DNA of 64,000 nucleotides from Eledone cirrhosa. Taxonomy: Eukaryota. Below, in pieces: positions 54,598-64,000 of the stretch. The number at the start of each line of letters is the position of its first letter. Position 1 is the first letter of the stretch. Location of the stretch: NCBI GenBank assembly GCA_964016885.1, contig OZ024741.1:232004001-232068000 (forward strand), read 5' to 3'. The notes beneath the pieces were generated by a model. That model worked only from the letters and a program-made list of their open reading frames with translations. It was not told the origin of the DNA and did no database searches. Position numbers and translations under genes: made by a program.

Positions 54598-54860
54598 TAT
54601 TCCGGGTTGAATCGGAGGTAACCACAGTAAGTAAGGTACTCAATACATTGCAGAGATTAAATCTCTCTCTATATATATATATATTAATACAATATCGGAG
54701 AAAGCTTTTTAGCGATGCTCCGGGCAAATTCCAACTCACTCAACAAACATCAGGACATGAGTGATTATATTCCCAATTATACGTTTGGGGTGCTAACTAA
54801 AAGTATTGCGTGGAAAATTGGCTGTATTATTTCATATGAGACATATCTAATATATCTCTT

Positions 54861-54968
54861 CCCAGACGGACGTCTCGTTTCATTATAGAATTCCTACAAT
54901 TTGGGTGAAATTATACCAATTTATTAATAGATATATATTCAAGGGGGCTCTTATAATTCATCAGTGGG
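54861..54968 (-). ncRNA. Type I hammerhead ribozyme
   Basis: CCCA CUGAUGA AUUAUA...UAUAAU GAA ACGagacgucCGU C UGGG on the minus strand. Confidence 0.75.
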
Positions 54969-55187
54969 TGCCCCAATAATACTAATATTGATAATCTAAC
55001 CAACATCAGTATTTAGCGATAATCATCATCCTCTGTGCCTGAGGTATCTGTCAGGTTGCCAATCCAGCAGTTTTAAAGAAGTGCTCAAACTGATTAAAAA
55101 AAATGAGGAAGTAAATTACCGCCAAAAAAACAATACATGCGCATGACAATGAATTCTGAAAGGAATTCAGGCCACATGCTAAGTACT

Positions 55188-55223
<36 letters not shown>

Positions 55224-55225
55224 AT

Positions 55226-55299
55226 GCTGTGATATATATTTCAATGGCGACACTGGCCACACTGTTCTGTGTGCGAGTGTCGTGACATCATCAGACAGC
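55226..55299 (-). ncRNA. Type I hammerhead motif
   Basis: Reverse-complement copy of 55850-55923. Confidence 0.6.
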
Positions 55300-55849
55300 T
55301 TGTTACATAATAAGGTTATGTTTCCGAGGCAATCCAAATTGGGAACGGATGAAATGCGTGCTTTTGGGTTTCTCACCCATTCCCCTGTGAGTACCAATTC
55401 GCCTCCACCGGTCTGCGCGTGCCCATGTCCGAAGGAAGTTGACCATTAGCTACTGCAGATTTCAACGAAATTCGCTTAGTCAGTTCACCCTCTCAGTCAC
55501 ACAATGGCCCGTACCATAGTTTACTGCTACCCATCTCGACTGTGGTAGTCAGTCGAAAGCCAGAGGGGATGGGAAAGTGTTAGTTTTTAGAGGTCATAAT
55601 ACTACCTGTCACCTAGCGTGGACAGTACGACTGACCATCAACTCAAAGGGAATAATCATGGTTTTACATTGGAAGTTATGAGTGAGAGTTGGAAATAAAA
55701 ATTAAAGTCCTAAATCAAGTATCAGAAATTATAAATTAAACAATTAAAAATTAACAATTAGAAATTAAAAGTTAGAAATTTTTTTCAAGTGAGAATTCAT
55801 GTCGATTCAATTTGGATTGCCTCGGAAACATAACCTTATTATACAACAA

Positions 55850-55923
55850 GCTGTCTGATGATGTCACGACACTCGCACACAGAATAGTGTGGCCAGTGTC
55901 GCCATTGAAATATATATCACAGC
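55850..55923 (+). ncRNA. Type I hammerhead motif
   Basis: GCUGU CUGAUGA uguca CGACACU...AGUGUCG ccauu GAA AUAUAUAU C ACAGC. The base of stem II is poorly paired. Confidence 0.6.
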
Positions 55924-56698
55924 ATTATTATTAAAGGACTTGAACATATGAAACTACTTCGCTTTTCCTTATTCGATATTTACTCCGTCACTCCTATGTG
56001 GAAAAAGTACGTAGAGTGCTTGAATTGAATTGCATCAATATTTACCCTAATAATTTAGCTCCAAATAGTTGAGCGCTCTATGATGTAACCGATACGGTGG
56101 AGAAGAGAGGAACCAACCATGAGCTGCCCTGGAAATTCCCTCTACCATGGGGATGGACACCTCTGAAACTGGACGGACATAATAGTAACTTTCGGCAGAA
56201 TAAATACACAGAAACAAAAAATAAGATAAACCCCTATTTCCCTGCACCATATCGCATTTGAACAGAAGCCCCCTCAATTCAATATATACATGGACAGATT
56301 GACAATCATATGGATCATTTTGCATATATGTACTCTGTGTTTTTGCATTTTTTCTTCTATGTTTTTTTTTTTCTTCTATGTCTGTTTCCCTTTGGTATTT
56401 TCCATGTGATGGAAATTATGACTGTGTACCAGATTGACTAATGCCCTGAATGCTGTAGCTTACCCTTCGTTCTAATGTACGGCACTGTCATTCAATATGT
56501 GGATAGAGTAACTGTGACACTAGAACCCCTCTCAGAACTTCTTACTTAAACATCTCTCTCCATATTATTTACTCACTTCAATCTATATTTTTAGCGAATA
56601 ACTATGTGTATACTCTAGGAATGTATTCTACATTACCTATTGAGTGCGTAGAGATACAACCGGTCATGGCATTGATAAATATGCTGGGTACATCAACT

Positions 56699-56782
<84 letters not shown>

Positions 56783-56893
56783 CAAGATTCAGGGCCCGGA
56801 CGGCTAAGCGCCGTTCGTCTCGATGGCTAGATCCGAACATTAGGATCTAACAGTCGGAACGGCCGAGCTCAGTCTGTATTTTAACACAACCTA

Positions 56894-56972
<79 letters not shown>

Positions 56973-58332
56973 ATATAGAAAAGGCTTCTACCGGACTAGA
57001 ACTGTTTTATTCAGGAGAAATCATCAGGAATCCGACTGTCCAAATAATATGGTGGTATTTATATCTTTTCTGGTTGTAGCAGAGGGTGATGAGTGGGATG
57101 GGTGGAGGTCATTCGTTGATGGGTTTAAAGAAAAGGAAATCACTCAGAAAGCGCGCTCATACATGGGAAGTCACAAGATTTGCGACTTTTGTATTTCTGA
57201 GAGCTAGGAAATAATATTTACCAAAGGCTCGACACTGAACACACTCTCTGAACACTGCCCAAATTGCATGCACAAAAGCTTTGCAAATTTCAAATACCTT
57301 CAGCCAGTGTTAAAGCCAGTTGGATAAAATTAAAATTAAAATACTCGGCAATACATGTATGTATATATATATATATATATATATTGTTATGCTTTACGAG
57401 GGTCATGTTGCCAATAAGAAACACACGCACCAGCTGATTTCACTTCAATTTATTATAAATTAAATTTATAAATTTCCGGTTGATTGGTTGGTTCCACAAC
57501 CAGAAAATTGTTCATATATTGTCAAAGTTCTTTCCTCACACATTCTGTGACCTCTTCAGTGACTGGGGATTATTTTCTTTGTTTTTGTGCCTCTCCTTTG
57601 TTCTGTCCTACGCCATCTTGGAGAGTAGGTTGTGTTTTTTTTTATCCAACTTATATATATACACTTGAATATATATCTATTGATGGTATACAAGCTTCTA
57701 CATAAATTAGTATAATTTCACCCAAATTGTAGGAATCTTATAATGAAACGAGACGTCCGTCTGGGAAGAGATATATTAGATATGTCTCATTTGAAATAAT
57801 ACAGCCAATTTTCCACGCAATACTTTTAGTTAGCACCCCGAACACATAATTGGGAATATAATCACTTATTTCCTAATGTTTTTTGAGTGAGTTGGAATTT
57901 GGCCGGAGTATCGCTAAAAAGCTTTCTCCGATATTGTATTTATTTATTTACTATTTGGAAAAAATTCCCAGTATAAGGTTACCATTTCTTTGTTTATTTT
58001 TTATATATGAATATTGATTGTTCCTTGTATCTCATTCTGTTATTTTGCCCGAGAAAATATATGTGTGTGTCATCAAATGTTGTACACACATATATATTTG
58101 TTCAATTTCCAATTGAGTTGTTAGCACGTGGCCTGAATTCCTTTCAGAGTTCATTGTCACGCGCATGTATTGTTATTTTTGGCGGTAATTCACTTCCTCA
58201 TTTTTTGAATCAGTTCGAGCACTTCTTTTTGAACTGCTGGACTGGCAACCTGACAGATACCTCAGGCACAGAAAGTGATTATCGCTAAATGCTGATGTTG
58301 TTTAGATTATCAATATTAGTATTATTGGGGCA

Positions 58333-58459
58333 CCCACTGATGAATTATAGGAGCCCACTTGAATATATATCTATTGATGGTATACAAGCTCCTACATAAA
58401 TTGGTATAATTTCACCCAAATTGTAGGAATCCTATAATGAAACGAGACGTCCGTCTGGG
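58333..58459 (+). ncRNA. Type I hammerhead ribozyme with extended stem II
   Basis: CCCA CUGAUGA AUUAUAGGA...UCCUAUAAU GAA ACGagacgucCGU C UGGG. The core is complete, stem II is a perfect 9 bp and the GUC site is at 58453-58455. Confidence 0.82.
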
Positions 58460-58638
58460 AAGAGATATATTAGATATGTCTCATTTGATATAATACAGCC
58501 AATTTTCCACGCAATACTTTTAGTTAGCACTCCGAACACATAATTTGGAATATACTCACTTATTTCCTAATGTTTGTTGAGGGAGTTGTAATTTGGCCGG
58601 AGTATCGCTAAAAAGCTTTCTCCGATATTGTATTTATT

Positions 58639-58735
<97 letters not shown>

Positions 58736-59004
58736 TTGGCGAGTAGGTTGTTTTTTTTTATTTTATCCAACTGGCTTCATCACTGGCTTAAGGTATTTCA
58801 AATTTGCAAACCTTTTGTGCATGCAATTTGGAATAAAAAATAAGTTTCGCTCTACATGGCTGAATACAATAAATGTAATCTGAGTTTTTCGAATATTAAT
58901 AATAACATTCGATTCGTTTGGAATTATGCACACAAGCCTCAATTTTATAGCCATGTCAGTAGAATGAACACTTCATTCTTGCTCTTATGTTGGCATGCGA
59001 ACAG

Positions 59005-59052
59005 AACTGCAGACACTAATATTTCTGGGTATCACCCTTCATCAGTACAGCT
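59005..59052 (-). ncRNA. Minimal type I hammerhead ribozyme
   Basis: AGCUGUA CUGAUGA aGGGUgauACCCa GAA AUAUUAGUGU C UGCAGUU on the minus strand. Confidence 0.72.
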
Positions 59053-60297
59053 TACTGTTCACCTGCCAAACTGTCAGAGCTTGTGAAAATATATGCTATT
59101 TTCAAAAGTTCATAGTGACTGATCGGCCTGATTTGCATATAAGCTGACTGGCTGATCAGTCAGATGTGCATATTAGCCGGCCATTTATCGCTCGTATGGA
59201 AGAAACTCACTGGCCAGTTTGCTGATATGCAAATCTGGCTGATCAGTGGATCTGCTAATATGCAGAAATAGATCGTACCTCGAGCTGTTCTCCGTAAAAT
59301 CAATTGAAATATGTTAATAAATTGTGTTTCGATGCATCACTGATTCTTCGTTTTCAATAATATACATACATATATATACATATGTATACACAAATACATA
59401 TCCACATACGTAAACACACATATACATAAACACATACATATATACATGCATAAACTGGCATATGTGGAAAAGCATATGCACGTGGACGTAGGTATGCATG
59501 CATTAGTAGGCACACATGTGCATACGTATACACGTTAACGTTCGTAAATTCATACATATAGACGTACACACATTTAAATATACATACACCCACGAAACTG
59601 GACACACGTATACACGCATACATACAAACTCGTACTGAGGAGGGCAACGTGTATATAAGGAAGTTTTGACTAATCCCGCAATAAACATAGAAGGAAATAT
59701 ATTCATATATATCTATGAATATATTAGGTAAAGTGAGGATCACGTTGTTACAGTAAAGAATTGGTAAGGTGTATATATAAAGAGCATAACTGTTAGGTAG
59801 AAAGAAAAAGGTTTCTAAAGACTTTGAATGAGTATAAGTGTTGGATGGAATGAGGGTAGTCAGTGTGTGTGTGTTAAGAGGATGACAAAGGATATGAGAT
59901 TATAGTGAATATGTGAGTATTTTTGTGTGTTGTGGTTGTAATTAATAGTTTGGTTGAAGTTTAAAAGGAAAGAAGGAGTATTCAAAGCCTCTAATATATT
60001 ATGAAGGGTGTATATATATTTATATGTGTGTACGTCTATATTTTTGCATTCACATGCGTCTGCGTGTATACGCATGCAGATATACGCCTACTGATGCATG
60101 CATGTGTATATCCGCGTGCATATACTTTTCTGCATATGCCAGTTTATGTATGTATGTATGATTGTATGTATGTATGAGTGTATGTATGTATGAGTTTATG
60201 TATATTCGTGCATACGCATGTGATATGTGTTTGTATATGTATATACATATATGCATGTATATATATATATATATATATATATACCTATACATATATA

Positions 60298-60960
60298 GAA
60301 TAGAATGAAACGAAATTTCATTTCTGACTCTTAGTACGGCACTTATTTAAATGTAAGTATGTATGTATGTATACGTACATACATATATGTATACACACGT
60401 ACAGTAGTATGTATATATACACACATGCACACATACATATATGCACGTATCGGTTTACCGAACATTTATTATAATGCTCGGTTTGTTTGTTTGTAAACAA
60501 ACAAACAGCCCAAATTACGCCGTACAGTGTTTAGGGAACCACGTCATCTTTTTGTTCAACACTGACACAGGAACGATGTACTAGTTTCAAGCTTATTAGC
60601 TATCGTCATCATCGTATACCTTCCTGCCAGATGATTGAACGTCTGAAAGTATATACTTTCCTTATGCATATTAACGGCTTGAGCCTAATTTGCATATCGA
60701 GTGAGTTCAGTCGGCCGGGCTCACCGAAAACGATAAATGGAATAGAATGAAACGAAATTTCATTTCTCACTCTTAGTACGCCACTTACTTAAATGTAAGT
60801 ATATATGTATGTATGTATACAGAGGTGCAGTAGTATGTATATATATACACACATGCACACATATATATGCACGTATCGGTTTACCGAACATTAACTATAA
60901 TACTCGGTTTGTTTGTTTGCAAACAAACAAACAGCCCGAATTACGCCGTACAGTGTTTAG
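60298..60960. repeat. About 230-bp direct repeats (60298-60534, 60740-60960; period 442 bp) flanking a hammerhead
   Basis: gaatagaatgaaacgaaatttcatttct...ccgtacagtgtttag occurs twice. Confidence 0.85.
60573..60615 (-). ncRNA. Minimal hammerhead motif with C3A change
   Basis: ACGAUG AUGACGA uAGCUaauaAGCUu GAA ACUAGU A CAUCGU on the minus strand. Confidence 0.6.
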
Positions 60961-60971
60961 TCAACCATACA

Positions 60972-61009
<38 letters not shown>

Positions 61010-61560
61010 ATAAGGATATTTGTATTTATATATGTTTAATACAACTATAAATATGAAGGGTAGTACTAAGTACCAGCCGGTTACGGGTATGACAAAAGGC
61101 TCAATGCAAATTTTCAAGCGTTTTACAGAGCCGAGATACAAAGTGTTAAAAAGATCAAATTTTAATCTAGAACATTTATTTGCTGACAACTGTTTCTTCC
61201 AGGGAGAAGTCTGGATTCATCGGAGCATGCGTTATTGATTGTATTGACTCCTGAACTGTACACCTTGCTTGTAACTTTTTTGCCTGTACTTTTTGCTTAT
61301 ACCTCTTACAATTTCAATCAGTGCTGCCTGCAATTGTGTTCTCTCAAGCATAACATCTTTTTAACTCCTGACTCCCCAAATCATGCCTTTGACACTAAAC
61401 ACAATTATGCAACAAAAAGGTTCTGAATGACTAGGATTTTAGTCACATGTTTCGACATTCCCTACGCTCCGATAAATCGAGACTTCCCTCTAGAAGAAAC
61501 AAGTGTCAGCAAATGAATGTTGTAAACTAAAATTTGATCGTTTTAACACATTGTATATAT

Positions 61561-61612
<52 letters not shown>

Positions 61613-62107
61613 TGGTTTATGTATGTGTATGTGGATATAGAGAAAAGGAGAATTTGGAAATAGCACGGAAAATATATTTAAGGGTCTGTGTTACTTTTGT
61701 TCTTTTCCTATTTTTTCCTTTCTTTGATTTATCAAAGAGACATTGAGAAGATGATATTATTGAAAACACGAGAAGGATAATGGTTTTAAAAAAAGGTTTT
61801 ATGATGTATATAAAGTATATAAAGTATTGCCGGTTTCGATGTATTATTAAAATTGATCTTATTTTTTTTATTTTAAGAATTATTTAGGTTTTGATGATCT
61901 TTGATTCTGAAAAATGTTTTTAGTTTTCCACCACGTGTGTGCATTGTTATACACACATACACGCGCGCACAAACACACCACAAAATAAAAGAGAAGAAGC
62001 TACTCATTCCAGAAGTTTCTATTTTTCAATGATCTCAATTTCACGAATCAAAGATAGGAAAAAAAGGAAAAGATAAAGAAAGTATTTTCCGTGCTATTTC
62101 TAACTTC

Positions 62108-62289
<182 letters not shown>

Positions 62290-62486
62290 CATATGTATAT
62301 GTATATATATGCGTGCCTGTATACATATGTGTGTCTATGTACGCATCTATATGCATTGTGTATATGCGTATATACGGGAGTATATATATATCTTCAACTA
62401 TATGCATGTGTTTGCGCATGTATCTACGCATTTATCTGATATGCTTTTCCATATCTCTATGTCTACGTATGTATGTACTCTGTATG

Positions 62487-62523
<37 letters not shown>

Positions 62524-62528
<5 letters not shown>

Positions 62529-62646
62529 AACAAGTATAACCCCGACGGCAGAGCTCAAGCCGTTTCGAAGGCTATTTCTGGACTGAGTCCAGAAATACCC
62601 GTCGAAACGCCTTGATCTCTGCCGTCGGGGTCACACTTGTTCCTAT
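62524..62646. repeat. GC-rich palindrome (61-bp arms, 1-nt centre, about 6 mismatches)
   Basis: ataggaacaagt...tttctggact G agtccagaaa...acttgttcctat. Confidence 0.92.
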
Positions 62647-63105
62647 TTCCCACTCTACTACCCTAAGTATTGAGTACTCTGGTACTAAAGCTGACACATT
62701 TTTTGCCCAACGGCTGAACCAAAAAGCACCAAATTTGCACCATAGATTTAACTTTTGGCAAATAAAATTTCGTTAAAAGATTAAACATATGTAATCGTTT
62801 ATTTAAATATTCACTTCTTTAAAATGTTCAAACGTCAACACTTCCGGTTAAACGCCATTCCTCTCTCTATCTTTGACTGTCTTTTTAGATAGATACAGAG
62901 CCATAACGTCGGCCCTTATAATATGTCTCTGTATGTCATGCTGTCTGCATTAGGTACATAGCTATAACGTCGCACGCTTATAATATCTGTCTCTCTGTCT
63001 TCGTTTCTAACCAACTTTTAATTAATTCAGTGCAAAGGTACCACACGCCCTCTCAATTAGTAATTATATATATATAATTTAACATCTCAGGGTATGTCAT
63101 GTATC

Positions 63106-63168
63106 ATTATATTTTGTCTGATGAGGACGTACTGTTTTACATCTGAAATATGTATAATAAAATGTAAT
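63106..63168 (+). ncRNA. Type I minimal hammerhead motif
   Basis: AUUAUAUUUUGU CUGAUGA GGACGUA cuguuu UACAUCU GAA AUAUGUAU A AUAAAAUGUAAU; stem I is 12 bp including two G-U pairs. Confidence 0.7.
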
Positions 63169-63824
63169 TGATAAAACTAGCATCTATTTTATTAATATTT
63201 GTATTTTAATATTAATAACTCTGGAAAATTATTTTTCATAGAGTGCTTCCAATCTATTGTAAAACTCATTCTCTGATATACTGATTGAATATTGTTTAAC
63301 TCTTTAATATATATATATATATATAATTAGTAATTGTTTCTACTTTTGGCACAACGCCAGCAATTACCCCAGTACATTACTAGTACTTTATTTTATCTCT
63401 CTATATATAATTAGTAATAATAATAAATGTGAAGTATAAAATCCAAAGAGGATAAATATATGTAAGATGAAATTTAAGCAAAAATCGCTGCTTTCACCCT
63501 TAACGGGATCTGCTGATACTATAAAAGTCAATCTGTGAACGCATAAATAAATATTTCCAAAAAACGTTGCAACCGAAGGAAGACAGGAAGACGATACTTT
63601 GGTTCGTGGAAACGTTCCTTGGCAAAGAACGGAAAAAACGAGTATAATACGTCATTATTTGGAGCGGGAAAAACAATTACACGCAAAAACAAAACCACGT
63701 TTATGGTATAAATGAAGTCGTAGACTAATATTCTATTAGGTGGTACATGTAGACGTTCTCTGGCAATGAACTGAAAAAACGATTTCTTTGAGGCTTTCCC
63801 GTCTATCTACAAACGTGCATATTT

Positions 63825-64000
63825 TCAACATATTACAATGAAGCTCTTGCTCGGAGTGGATTTTTCGATAGGGTAGCATATACAGAGTACGAGAATAGAC
63901 CTAGGAAAAATAGATCCCGACGCATTATATGGTATAACCCACCATATGATATAGATATGGCCACACCATTAGCTAAGATCTTTCTCTCCCTTATTATGAA
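63825..64000 (+). mobile_element. Penelope-like element RT/GIY-YIG linker fragment (runs off window)
   Basis: YYNEALARSGF...RKNRSRRIIWYNPPY...LAKIFLSLI, matching the PLE linker motif IIW(F/Y)NPP. Confidence 0.8.

Larger units (their letters stand above)
54640..58830. mobile_element. Patchwork of Penelope-like terminal repeats in direct and inverted orientation
   Basis: 54690-55190(-) matches 58120-58640(+) and the partial copy 57661-57940(+). 55220-55341 is inverted to 55808-55930, and 57260-57330 is inverted to 58760-58830. Hammerhead motifs are embedded. Confidence 0.65.

Noticed and set aside
56985-57040. Minus-strand CUGAUGA...AAAAC hammerhead-like string
   Set aside because: GAAA is mutated and stems I and III do not pair well.

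Overview
AT-rich, intron-containing animal DNA crowded with (TA)n/(CA)n/(GA)n microsatellites and decayed transposons. The repeat spectrum suggests a coleoid cephalopod such as an octopus (inference only). One host gene can be rebuilt on the + strand from eight phase-compatible GT-AG exons (14362-44312; its 5' exon is probably upstream of the window). It encodes about 417 aa of a type I membrane protein: an F-type-lectin (fucolectin/F5-8C-like) domain with a degenerate fucose-binding motif, four tandemly duplicated 48-aa 8-Cys EGF-like modules, a transmembrane helix, and a short basic then poly-Glu/Asp tail. The rest is mostly mobile DNA: four co-oriented Tx1/L1-like LINEs (1-14330), several RTE-clade LINEs, an RNase H-bearing LINE, two Chapaev-like DNA transposons, a Helitron, a tRNA-derived SINE family, and many Penelope-like remnants. 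About ten type I hammerhead-ribozyme motifs of several sequence families occur in these remnants, often in direct or inverted repeat arrangements, two with an octamer motif about 75-80 bp upstream. Several near-perfect fold-back hairpins are also present. All calls were made by eye, and no searches or folding programs were run.
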